Below, piece after piece: positions 19,327-28,243 of a stretch of DNA of 64,000 bases (positions are counted from its first letter, which is position 1; each line of letters starts with the position of its first letter). The translations under genes were made by a program, and so were the position numbers. Location: IMG/VR virus record IMGVR_UViG_3300046808_001301. One strand, given 5' to 3'. A model generated the notes under the pieces. The model worked only from the letters and a program-made list of their open reading frames with translations, was not told the origin of the DNA and did no database searches. The DNA is from a virus.

Positions 19327-20790
19327 ATGTCAAAGCAAAGAGAAGTCAAGTGTCCGTTTTGTACAGGAGAATTTTTAGCTAAAGCGGAAGGAAAGGCTAT
19401 ACAATCCATAGCCGGATTTTTGCAACGGTCTTTTAATATCCGTATTCCTTCTCCGTTAGTTAGTTTTTTGCAACAGCAATCTCCAATTGGCAAAAAAAGC
19501 CTTTTTAAAGGCAAATGCGCAGCATGTGGAGGCAAAGGTTCTGTAAAGGATCCTTCAGACGACACATCCAAATACGAACAAGTTAAATCAATTGCTCAGG
19601 GTAAAATAAAAGAATTGTTAGATTTGGAAAACGTTTTAGCTCCAGCTTGCGGCAATAGATACACAATAATACAAGGCAACGACTTGTTGGAAGTAGGACT
19701 TGGAATGAACAAGTCTCCTTCTTATAGAATTGATAAAGGCAAGAGTATCAGAAATAAAGGGCTGATTGACCCATCCAAAATTAATACCGACAAGGGAGGC
19801 CCACAAATTCCAGAAGGATCTCCTTGCAATCACGTACAAGGGTTGAATCCCATGGCCACTCCTGGAGGATCTTATACTATTAAATGTTCCAACAAATTTA
19901 CGTTGGTTACAGGAGCTCAAGGCATTGATCTAACAACAGGAGGACCATTGACAATAAGTGGAGGAATTACAAGAATGGTAGGACCAGAAATAACAATTGG
20001 AACTTCGTCTGGTCGACTAACTTTAGAAGGAGAGGTAGTTAACATTAACGGCAAAAGTGTTGAAATTGCTCCCACAGACGGACATTTGTTCGTTAAAGGA
20101 ACAATGAGCACCACTGGAAATGTGATGGTTGGAGGACATTGCCACGCTGAAAGTATTTCTTTAACAAAACTTGAGTGCACTGGTCGAAACGACATGACAA
20201 AACCAGCTTCTCCAAGTGATCTCCATACTGGCCCAGCTTTCTGGGGTGGAATGAATGGGGAAGGAATTAAAGCTGTAGTTAAAGACATGCTGGGATATAC
20301 AACGAGTAAAGCAACGAACCCGGTTGAAGCTCAACAAATGGTATCTCAAAAACATATGGACGGGTTAAAAGATAAAGTTTTAAACCTCGCTTATCAAATG
20401 AGACCATGGGAACAAAAAGCCACGGGTTACATTTTACCTGGCACAAGAATGCAAATGCAGGGCACTACTCCTTGCAATTATGGTGGAGTTGCTGCTGGTT
20501 CTTTAAATGTCGTTTGTACGTATCCAATTGAGTTAAATAATTTTCCTCACTCTCACGCCCTTCCGGATCTTTCCCATTGTCATGAAGTAAGAGTTCCAAA
20601 TTTTGACTTCTCAGCTGATTCATGTGAAGAGGTAAGAGGCAAACAATCAGGAATTTCTCAAGGAGCTCCTTTACATAAAACAGCAGCTGCTAGTACAGGA
20701 GGAATTACTTCTTTATTTGCTCCTATAGCTACTGTGTTTGTCAGTATATGGAAGGGAATTCAAGGAAAACAAGGTCCTTTTCAGAAATAA
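19327..20790 (+). CDS. Probable spike beta-helix protein (separate gp5 C-terminal part) with an N-terminal Zn ribbon
   Basis: CPFC...CAAC; Gly-spaced beta repeats; HSH/HCH motifs near the C-terminus. Confidence 0.55.
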   Translation: MSKQREVKCPFCTGEFLAKAEGKAIQSIAGFLQRSFNIRIPSPLVSFLQQQSPIGKKSLFKGKCAACGGKGSVKDPSDDTSKYEQVKSIAQGKIKELLDLENVLAPACGNRYTIIQGNDLLEVGLGMNKSPSYRIDKGKSIRNKGLIDPSKINTDKGGPQIPEGSPCNHVQGLNPMATPGGSYTIKCSNKFTLVTGAQGIDLTTGGPLTISGGITRMVGPEITIGTSSGRLTLEGEVVNINGKSVEIAPTDGHLFVKGTMSTTGNVMVGGHCHAESISLTKLECTGRNDMTKPASPSDLHTGPAFWGGMNGEGIKAVVKDMLGYTTSKATNPVEAQQMVSQKHMDGLKDKVLNLAYQMRPWEQKATGYILPGTRMQMQGTTPCNYGGVAAGSLNVVCTYPIELNNFPHSHALPDLSHCHEVRVPNFDFSADSCEEVRGKQSGISQGAPLHKTAAASTGGITSLFAPIATVFVSIWKGIQGKQGPFQK

Positions 20791-21285
20791 TCAATACATT
20801 TTTGTGTATTGAGTCAGTATCTTCTTAGCAACCAAGATAGGGTCTTCTTCGATCATTTGTATTGGAATATGGTTTACCATATCAACAAACTGTAGATGTC
20901 TTGCTGTTTGCTGTTTGTCAATAACGAAACTGTCTCCTGATGGCATAGCAAATGCACTGTATACTTCTTGTGCTCTGCCAGCCGTTAATGCCTGAACTTG
21001 CAAGTCAAATAAATCTCCGTATTTGTCTGCAATTGCGCTTATTTCACAACTTATAGAAGAAAGGCAAAAATTGATAGGATCTGGAATATCACTTAATGAT
21101 ATTGTTTGTGTATTTGGTTCCAAATACTCATATCTCAATCTGTCATAAGGATGAGCTGGTACACTAGAGAGAGCGTGATCTAATTCTAAACACAAAAGAT
21201 CAGTAGCAGATAACAATTGAGATATAGTATGTTCTACTAAAGCGAGGTCCCCAGCTACAAAATCATGCAAAGTATTGTTACTCAT
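20791..21285 (-). CDS. Hypothetical protein (164 aa)
   Basis: Clean ORF. Confidence 0.7.
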   Translation of the reverse strand: MSNNTLHDFVAGDLALVEHTISQLLSATDLLCLELDHALSSVPAHPYDRLRYEYLEPNTQTISLSDIPDPINFCLSSISCEISAIADKYGDLFDLQVQALTAGRAQEVYSAFAMPSGDSFVIDKQQTARHLQFVDMVNHIPIQMIEEDPILVAKKILTQYTKMY

Positions 21286-21315
21286 CTATATTATTTTAAT
21301 ATAGAAAAATAATTT

Positions 21316-21807
21316 TTAAACTAATACTTCTCCAAGAAACATTTCCCATTGCTCATGATGAGCAGCTATGTCTTTTTGATCAAATGTGTTGTATACAGTT
21401 TTAGATAATTGTCTGTAAAAATCAGGCCTCGGAGCCCCGTGATACTTCCAACGTTTTTCTAAAGCTTGAGGATAAAATGATAAAGATATCAAGCACTTGC
21501 TTGCAAATAAAAGGCCTTGATCTGAAAGTAAAGAAGGAATTAACTCTCTTGTTTTATCATGATATTGATAAATTGTAATAGCAACTCTATTACATTCGTC
21601 TTCTGAATCAGCAAATTTAGCAGTCAAGCATATCATAAACAACGCATCTATAGCATTAGAAACAATTATTTTAGAAGAGTCTGTAATTAGCTTAGCTCCA
21701 ATTGCTTGCTTTATAGAAGGCCTCGACTCTAAGTCTGTCTCATACAGAGCTTTAAGCGCTTCTGAATTTTTCAAATCATAAAGTTGGTCTACGAGACTTC
21801 TAGGCAC
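21316..21807 (-). CDS. Hypothetical protein (163 aa)
   Basis: Clean ORF downstream of phoH. Confidence 0.7.
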   Translation of the reverse strand: MPRSLVDQLYDLKNSEALKALYETDLESRPSIKQAIGAKLITDSSKIIVSNAIDALFMICLTAKFADSEDECNRVAITIYQYHDKTRELIPSLLSDQGLLFASKCLISLSFYPQALEKRWKYHGAPRPDFYRQLSKTVYNTFDQKDIAAHHEQWEMFLGEVLV

Positions 21808-21812
21808 GCATA

Positions 21813-22589
21813 TTACTTAACTTTTGCTGCGTTGTAATTTTCAACTTGCTCGACAATAAATTTAAGAATTTCGGACCGCATGATGTCTTCTTTTCCGAAT
21901 TCAACACAATAAATTCCTTGCTGTTGAGCTTCTTCTGTATTAAAAATATCAAACATTGGTTTAAATCCTGATTGCTCTTTGTGTTTTAAATCAGTTTGCA
22001 TAGGATCTCCGAGAACGATGTATTTTGTGAATTTACCAATACGAGTCAAGCATGTTAAAATTTCTTGAAAGTTCGCATTTTGAAACTCATCTAATATAAC
22101 AACTTTTGCATTATAAGAAGCTCCTCTCAAATAATTTACAGGCATGCCTTTTACTCTTTCGTCAGCAAACAACCTTTTTATGTCCCCTGCTGGAAGTAGT
22201 TCCTCGAGCTTATCGTTAAGCACGGAAACGAAATAGTGCAGTTTGTCTGACATATCCCCAGGCAATGTACCCATTGAATGAGCAGCGCTTTCCACAATTG
22301 TTCTAATGTAGATTAAATCGCTTACTTTTTTTTGATTCAATAGCTGTAAAGCGCAATAAACCGCTAAAATGCTCTTGCTTGTTCCTGAAGGACCGGAAAG
22401 AAAGACAATTTTGGTGTCTTTGTTTAAAACTAATTCGATAAAAGCTTTTTGTTTTTCTGTCCAATCAAGGCCTCTTATGTTTAAATTAAAATTTATTTTT
22501 TCCTTTTGATGAACTCTTGGGGACGTGTCCTTAGTCTCCGTTGCAATTGTTGGTTTTTTTTGTGTAACGGATTTTTTAGTTTTTTTCAT
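21813..22589 (-). CDS. phoH: PhoH-family ATPase
   Basis: GPSGTSKS Walker A variant, GTLPGD, YLRGASY, ILDEFQN, GDPMQTD, DIMRS. Confidence 0.95.
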   Translation of the reverse strand: MKKTKKSVTQKKPTIATETKDTSPRVHQKEKINFNLNIRGLDWTEKQKAFIELVLNKDTKIVFLSGPSGTSKSILAVYCALQLLNQKKVSDLIYIRTIVESAAHSMGTLPGDMSDKLHYFVSVLNDKLEELLPAGDIKRLFADERVKGMPVNYLRGASYNAKVVILDEFQNANFQEILTCLTRIGKFTKYIVLGDPMQTDLKHKEQSGFKPMFDIFNTEEAQQQGIYCVEFGKEDIMRSEILKFIVEQVENYNAAKVK

Positions 22590-22638
22590 ATTAAGATGCC
22601 CAGCTGTAACTATTTATCTAATACAATAAATAGTATAC

Positions 22639-22884
22639 ATGAGATTGCCTTTTAATTTGGAAGACCCTAAAATAGATGATCACGCTCGAGTAAAGTTCTC
22701 ATTTACATCTCCGCAGCTGCATCAAAATATAGAAGTGTCTTTAGACGGAGATGAAACGACCGTTGAAACGCTTTTAGACGCCTTCCAACGCTTTTTGGGA
22801 GCATTAGGAGTATCAACACCAGATAACGTTATTTTAAGCTTTGTTGAAATTGAGGAAGAAGACGATAAAGACGACGAAGATTAA
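22639..22884 (+). CDS. Small acidic hypothetical protein
   Basis: ORF with TAAATA 6 nt upstream. Confidence 0.7.
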   Translation: MRLPFNLEDPKIDDHARVKFSFTSPQLHQNIEVSLDGDETTVETLLDAFQRFLGALGVSTPDNVILSFVEIEEEDDKDDED

Positions 22885-22895
22885 TACATACTTTT

Positions 22896-24455
22896 ATGGG
22901 ACAAGATTATAATCTCATTGCAGCGTACAAAAATTGGGTTTTATCTAAACAACCTTTTAACTCAAATTTTAAAACGCTTTCTGATTGTTATGAGGAAACA
23001 AAAATTCCTTTACATGAAGGCATGCTCGGGTACGCAGAGTTTCAAAAACCCCAAACAGCTAAAAGGCCTGATCGTAAAGAGTTGTTCCTTCAAAAATACA
23101 AAAATGGAACCGCATTCGATGTCAAAGTCAAAAATCAAACTAAAAAAGTAGTTTTTGTAGTAGATCCAAACGTAATAAAAGCAATTGAATCGTTGCCGGT
23201 TGGGTTTCTCACTACAGCTGATCCTAATTATAAAAAGGCTAAAAAAAACTATGATACTATAAGATTGACTGATAAATCAAAGGCAGAATATTCTCTAAAC
23301 AATCTTATAAAAACTCCAGAATTTGCAGGGCAAGGATCTGGAGGAGGCGGAACCAATACTAGAATTAATGAAGCCTCGGTATGTTTGTGGGCAGCTGTTT
23401 ATCAATTTAAACGAAATGCCTCTCCTCAAACCGTGACAAAGTTTGCCAATCATTCTTCTGTTACACAACATTGCAAAGTAGATATAGATATACCTACTCT
23501 TATAAACCAAACAGATAAAAATTGGCTCGTTCACTACGAAAGTACAGCTAAATATTTAGTTGAAAACATATTACCTAATTCTCAAAGCGAATATACATTT
23601 CATAGAAATTCAGAATTTGTGAAACAATCAATTTATGGAAAGTTTTCTCAGCTTTCTAAAATGACCGGAGGATTTAATGATTCAAACAAATGGAATCCTG
23701 CAGACATTTGGGCAATATCTGCTGACTACGGAGAAAGCAAATTTAACGCTGATATTCAAAACATACAAACACTGCAGAGCTACAATGCTCTATTAGTCAA
23801 ACTGTACAAGACTAAACAGCTTATTGGAATATCGTTAAAAAAGACAGCAGGCGGCCTCGTTTCTGCAAAAGAATTTAATTTGTCTGGCTCAAAACAATTT
23901 ACCGCAACTGTTGATAAAGTTACAGCCAGCGGCAAAACTAAAGGAATTCTTGCTAAAGACGTGTATGTAACAGGACAGTTAATAGAACAAAAAAATTCTA
24001 CTCCGTATACTTTGCAGTTTCGCTCTTTTACTGCATGGAGAGATTTTCAAGGAGAAATAAAAGGAACCAACGCAAATGGAGGAAAAGTTGCTCGTAGTGC
24101 AATTAATCGCATTTTAGAAAAATATAAATTAGAATTGCTACCGGATTATGCTACAGTACTTAGCTTTATTGAAAAAAATCCAAACAAATGTTTAAAAAAC
24201 ATTTACGATATGGTCAAGTCTTTAAACATACATCAAAATTTAATTAGCTGGAACACTTTTGCGAACGAATATGAAGTATCCAAGCGCAACAAAAGTATCA
24301 GCGAAGATTTTTTGTTTAGTAAATATTTTGGAGCCAAATTACTAACAATTTTAACACAAACAACGGATTCCATTAAAAATTCTATTATAACAGATATGTT
24401 TAAATATGCATATTCTAGTTCTGATGACAGCGGACCATTTGTTAAATTGTTTTAA
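22896..24455 (+). CDS. Putative PD-(D/E)XK-like nuclease
   Basis: NEA...NKWNPADIW...LIGISLKK fits a restriction-endonuclease-fold variant (D...SxK). Confidence 0.5.
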   Translation: MGQDYNLIAAYKNWVLSKQPFNSNFKTLSDCYEETKIPLHEGMLGYAEFQKPQTAKRPDRKELFLQKYKNGTAFDVKVKNQTKKVVFVVDPNVIKAIESLPVGFLTTADPNYKKAKKNYDTIRLTDKSKAEYSLNNLIKTPEFAGQGSGGGGTNTRINEASVCLWAAVYQFKRNASPQTVTKFANHSSVTQHCKVDIDIPTLINQTDKNWLVHYESTAKYLVENILPNSQSEYTFHRNSEFVKQSIYGKFSQLSKMTGGFNDSNKWNPADIWAISADYGESKFNADIQNIQTLQSYNALLVKLYKTKQLIGISLKKTAGGLVSAKEFNLSGSKQFTATVDKVTASGKTKGILAKDVYVTGQLIEQKNSTPYTLQFRSFTAWRDFQGEIKGTNANGGKVARSAINRILEKYKLELLPDYATVLSFIEKNPNKCLKNIYDMVKSLNIHQNLISWNTFANEYEVSKRNKSISEDFLFSKYFGAKLLTILTQTTDSIKNSIITDMFKYAYSSSDDSGPFVKLF

Positions 24456-24472
24456 ATAAATAATATATTATC

Positions 24473-24751
24473 ATGAATAGAAAATACATCAAAAATGTTT
24501 TAAATGAAGGTTATGCTTTTGGAAAGCTTTTTAAATCTTCAGTCAATATTTCTACTCACGATATTTTAAATGTTTGTAAAGATTTGGGAGCAAAACCAAT
24601 AAAGGATTTTAAAGAACTTACAAGCCTAGTTAACAACGAATATAGTGAAATGGACATCAAAAACGGACTGCCGTCCATTCGAGAAGTATTAATAGGCTTA
24701 CATAAAGCTGTACCTGGCGGTCTTTTTGAAGTCAAACAACAAGAAAGTTGA
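24473..24751 (+). CDS. Hypothetical protein (92 aa)
   Basis: ORF with upstream TAAATA. Confidence 0.65.
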   Translation: MNRKYIKNVLNEGYAFGKLFKSSVNISTHDILNVCKDLGAKPIKDFKELTSLVNNEYSEMDIKNGLPSIREVLIGLHKAVPGGLFEVKQQES

Positions 24752-24775
24752 CTTTTGTTCTCAAAACAGTAGAAT
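24748..24775 (+). promoter_or_regulatory. Sigma70-like promoter (leaderless)
   Basis: TTGACT-16-TAGAAT, 6 nt before GTG 24782. Confidence 0.75.
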
Positions 24776-24781
24776 AAGTTT

Positions 24782-25309
24782 GTGAACATTTTTTGCACAA
24801 ACGACGATCCAATTATTTCAGCTCAAGAGCTTTGTGATCAGCATTGTAGATCTAAAATGCAAATTGAATCGGCTATTTTGTTGCAACATTGCTTCTCTAA
24901 TAAAACACTAAATTTAGCTCCTCCAACCAAAAAAGGAACTCCTCGTAAATCAGGTAAAGGTTATTACAACCACCCTTGTTCAGTTTGGGTCAGAGAGTCA
25001 AAAGCTAATTTTGAATGGCTTTGCGAACACGCATTAGAAATGTTTAATGAACGAGATTATCGTTGGCCTTCCTCATCTGAACATTTTACAAAAACTTTTA
25101 TTCAATGGTGTAAAGACAACCTTGATAAAGCAGAACATTGCAAAGGGACAAAGCTGACTCCGTTTGCTGTAGCTATTAATCCCGAATCTAAATGCAAGCA
25201 AGTTAAAGACTTTGAACAGCTTCCAACTGTAGACAAATACAAACAGTATATTCGGTTAGACAAAGACTTTGCAAGCTGGACAACTCGCTCTAAGCCTTCT
25301 TGGTATTAG
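24782..25309 (+). CDS. Pyrimidine-dimer DNA glycosylase / endonuclease V-like family protein
   Basis: MNIF...DP..SAQ..CDQH..KM..ESA..L and NHPCSVWVRES..NFEWL signature. Confidence 0.8.
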   Translation: MNIFCTNDDPIISAQELCDQHCRSKMQIESAILLQHCFSNKTLNLAPPTKKGTPRKSGKGYYNHPCSVWVRESKANFEWLCEHALEMFNERDYRWPSSSEHFTKTFIQWCKDNLDKAEHCKGTKLTPFAVAINPESKCKQVKDFEQLPTVDKYKQYIRLDKDFASWTTRSKPSWY

Positions 25310-25427
25310 ATTTTTTCTTAATACAATTAGGAACGGTTTTCTTTCCTTTCTTTTTCATTCCCTTTTGTTCGTAACCCTTCCAGCACTTTTCCATTAACAC
25401 GATATTAACCAATTCATTAAACTTCAT
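25290..25427 (-). CDS. Small basic protein (45 aa) with a CWKGY...VPNC motif, not in the ORF track
   Basis: MKFNELVNIVLMEKCWKGYEQKGMKKKGKKTVPNCIKKKSNTKKA; motif known from T4-like phage hypotheticals; own TAAATA. Confidence 0.75.
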   Translation of the reverse strand: MKFNELVNIVLMEKCWKGYEQKGMKKKGKKTVPNCIKKKSNTKKA

Positions 25428-25432
25428 GTTGG

Positions 25433-25445
25433 TATTTAATAAATA
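25433..25445. promoter_or_regulatory. Back-to-back late-promoter-like palindrome TATTTA-A-TAAATA
   Basis: Each half lies 5 nt from a divergent ATG (25427 on - and 25451 on +). Confidence 0.7.
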
Positions 25446-25450
25446 ACCTT

Positions 25451-26704
25451 ATGTTAGAAACTTCTTTTGGGAGCTTTTTTGGAGTAGCTTCCAGACAAAT
25501 TAATTTAAACGAACAAGCTGAGGGAGTTTTAATGCACCTAACTCACCTTGAGGAGTTAATTTTAACTTCTAAAAAGCCAGGACTAGACATGGCGTTAGCG
25601 TTTTTAAAAGAATTGCATGAGATTTTTAAAGGCAAGACAGATTCAACAACGTTTACTACAGTCAAATTTGATGGAGCTCCAGCTGTCATAGCAGGAGTTG
25701 ATCCTCAAGCAAAAAAGTTCTTCGTTTCAACTAAAAGCATTAGCAACGTAAGTCCAAAAATTAATTATACTGAACAAGATATTGATTTAAATCACGGACA
25801 TGCTCCCGGATTAGCCAGCAAACTTAAAACAGCATTAAAATATTTACCAGCTGTAATTCACAACGGAATCTATCAAGGAGACTTTATGTTTGATGAAACA
25901 GATCTGAAAAAAGTCAATGTAGACGGAGAAGATCTTATAACATTTAAACCAAACACCATTACCTATGCTGTTCCGTTTCACAGTCCCCTTGGCCAAAGAA
26001 TTTTAAGTTCTAAAATGGGAATAGTTTTTCACACAAAATACACAGGCGTTAATTTAAAGTCTCTAACTAAAAGTTCAAACGTCAACGTTAATGATTTTAA
26101 TCAAACCCAAGACGTCTTTGCTGATGATGCAAAGTTTAAAGACATTTCTGGCATGGCTCTTTTTACTAAAGACGAAAGCACAAAATTTGAAAATCTCATT
26201 GACAGTTGCGAAACAGCTGGCAATAGAATTTCTTGGGACGAAATATCCGACAATATCTACTCATATTTGAACACGTTTATTAACAGTTTAATTAGAGAAG
26301 GCACCTTTGTTGCTGATCCTGAAGAATCTTTTTCTAAATTTTATCAATGGATGAGCATTAAGGGACAAAAAACCGTACAAGCTTTAAAAACAGAAAAAGG
26401 GCAAGCCAAAAAACGTCAAGCTTTAGAGCAATTACTATCTTCTATTAATTCACACAAAATGAACATTATGAATTTGCTTAATCTTACAAAAAAGTTAGAA
26501 AGAGCGAAATCAATGTTTATTAAAAAATACAATTCAGCCATTAAAACAAAACAATTTATTACAGAACCTGATGGCACGTTAAAAGTCACAGCTCCAGAAG
26601 GGTATGTTGCTGTAGATCATCTTGGAAATATGGTTAAATTTGTGGATCGTTTAGAATTCAGTCGTGCTAATTTTGCTTTATCAAAAGGAGATAAGTTTAA
26701 ATGA
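25451..26704 (+). CDS. DUF6267-like protein with ligase/nucleotidyltransferase-superfamily motifs
   Basis: HLTHLEE; TVKFDGAPA (KxDG motif I); QGDFMF; PEGYV; VKFVDR. Confidence 0.75.
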   Translation: MLETSFGSFFGVASRQINLNEQAEGVLMHLTHLEELILTSKKPGLDMALAFLKELHEIFKGKTDSTTFTTVKFDGAPAVIAGVDPQAKKFFVSTKSISNVSPKINYTEQDIDLNHGHAPGLASKLKTALKYLPAVIHNGIYQGDFMFDETDLKKVNVDGEDLITFKPNTITYAVPFHSPLGQRILSSKMGIVFHTKYTGVNLKSLTKSSNVNVNDFNQTQDVFADDAKFKDISGMALFTKDESTKFENLIDSCETAGNRISWDEISDNIYSYLNTFINSLIREGTFVADPEESFSKFYQWMSIKGQKTVQALKTEKGQAKKRQALEQLLSSINSHKMNIMNLLNLTKKLERAKSMFIKKYNSAIKTKQFITEPDGTLKVTAPEGYVAVDHLGNMVKFVDRLEFSRANFALSKGDKFK

Positions 26705-27291
26705 AAACTTTTCGTCAATTTTTTTCAGAACAACAAAGCAAATTTGTAATAATGTTGCCTGGAGGATACAAACCTCCGACAAAAGGACACATGCATATGA
26801 TCGAAAGTTACAATAACGATCCTTCTGTTGCTAAAGTTTTAGTTTTAATTGGACCCAAAGAAAGAGAAGGAATCACAAGAGAACAGTCTTTAGCTCTTTT
26901 TAAATTATACGGAACAGACAAATTACAGAAAGTAACAATTGAAGACACAAAGTTCAACAATCCTATGCAAGCTGCATTTGAGTTTGTTGAAAATGACCCA
27001 AGAGCAGAACAATATTCAGGACTCACATTTGCAATTGGAGCTTCAGATAAAGGCGACGATGCTGCTAGAGCTGAAAGATTAGTAAAATACTTTCAATCAA
27101 ATCCACAAAAACTCAAGCAAGATCTACGGGTCGGCCTTCCGAGAATTGTTAAAGCCCTTCAAATAAATGGAGCAGATGTATCTGCTACTCTATTAAGACA
27201 AGCCATACAAAATAAAGATTTAAAAACAATTAGTACATTGATTCCGAGCAATGTTCGACCAGAAGAATTTTTAAAGATTTTCAATAAATAA
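26701..27291 (+). CDS. HIGH-superfamily nucleotidyltransferase (cytidyltransferase-like)
   Basis: PGGYKPPTKGH (HIGH-like) and C-terminal VSATLLR. Confidence 0.85.
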   Translation: MKTFRQFFSEQQSKFVIMLPGGYKPPTKGHMHMIESYNNDPSVAKVLVLIGPKEREGITREQSLALFKLYGTDKLQKVTIEDTKFNNPMQAAFEFVENDPRAEQYSGLTFAIGASDKGDDAARAERLVKYFQSNPQKLKQDLRVGLPRIVKALQINGADVSATLLRQAIQNKDLKTISTLIPSNVRPEEFLKIFNK

Positions 27292-27296
27292 ACTTC

Positions 27297-28169
27297 ATGA
27301 CTAAACAGTTTGACGCTCTTCTAGAACAAATGCTTAACGAAATGATGCCAGCAGACATTGGCGAGCTTGGCGGATTTAGTGGAGCAGCATCGCATATTAA
27401 AGGCAACGTTCCAGAAGGAGAACCAAAAGGACATTGGTCTCCTTTGCAAAAATTAAGCGATGAAGATAGAAATAAAGTCCTTGAAGAAATTTTCAAAGAA
27501 GTGTTTTCAGAAAAAGAAAATACATACGCTCCAACGGTCGATAGTCCAGAAGATCTTCATGGAGCAATTCAGTCAGCAATTCAAACAGTATCTCAAAGAA
27601 CTGGTTTAAAAGCATCAGGAAAATGGGCTGCTAAATTCTTGACTGACCGTTTAATGACTCTTTTAAAAAACAAAGTAAAGTATACAACTTCCGGAGGAGA
27701 AGAATTGCAGAAAGACATGACGCAGAAGGAATTCAAACAAGCTCTTAATAAAGCTTTAGAAGAAGCACCTGCTACACCAGAAGAGGCTCCTGCAGCATCA
27801 GAAGAAGCCTCGGAAGAATCATCCGAAAAAGAAGTTGACACTGTTTATACAAAAGCAGCTGACCTTAATTCAGATGACTCTGATCTCCAGAAAGCTTTTA
27901 ACAAACTTCCTAACGATAAAGAAATGTCCTGGGAGCAGGTTCTTAAAACAATTGGCATGACAAAAGGAATGGCTCTCCTTGATGCCGGTGGTTTAATTGA
28001 AACGGAAAAAGAGAAAGAAGCTTCAGAAGACGAGGAAGTAAAAGATCTTGAGTTTGATGACGAAAACGAAAACGAAACTCGTGGTTACGAAAGCGATTTT
28101 GATAGAGCCATGAGAGATATTGATACTTTCCGGAGTTCAAGAAGTTTTGACAGCAATAGTTGGGACTAA
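27297..28169 (+). CDS. Acidic hypothetical protein, probable internal head protein
   Basis: MTKQFDALLEQMLNE leader; Glu-rich; TAAATA 6 nt upstream. Confidence 0.7.
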   Translation: MTKQFDALLEQMLNEMMPADIGELGGFSGAASHIKGNVPEGEPKGHWSPLQKLSDEDRNKVLEEIFKEVFSEKENTYAPTVDSPEDLHGAIQSAIQTVSQRTGLKASGKWAAKFLTDRLMTLLKNKVKYTTSGGEELQKDMTQKEFKQALNKALEEAPATPEEAPAASEEASEESSEKEVDTVYTKAADLNSDDSDLQKAFNKLPNDKEMSWEQVLKTIGMTKGMALLDAGGLIETEKEKEASEDEEVKDLEFDDENENETRGYESDFDRAMRDIDTFRSSRSFDSNSWD

Positions 28170-28194
28170 CCTAACGTATAAAGTTTAAAATATT

Positions 28195-28226
28195 AAAAGT
28201 GCTCGGTACCAACTGAGCACTTTTTT
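28195..28226 (+). terminator. Rho-independent terminator
   Basis: AAAAGTGCTCGG...CTGAGCACTTTT hairpin with a T run. Confidence 0.85.
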
Positions 28227-28243
28227 GTTAAATAATACCGTCA

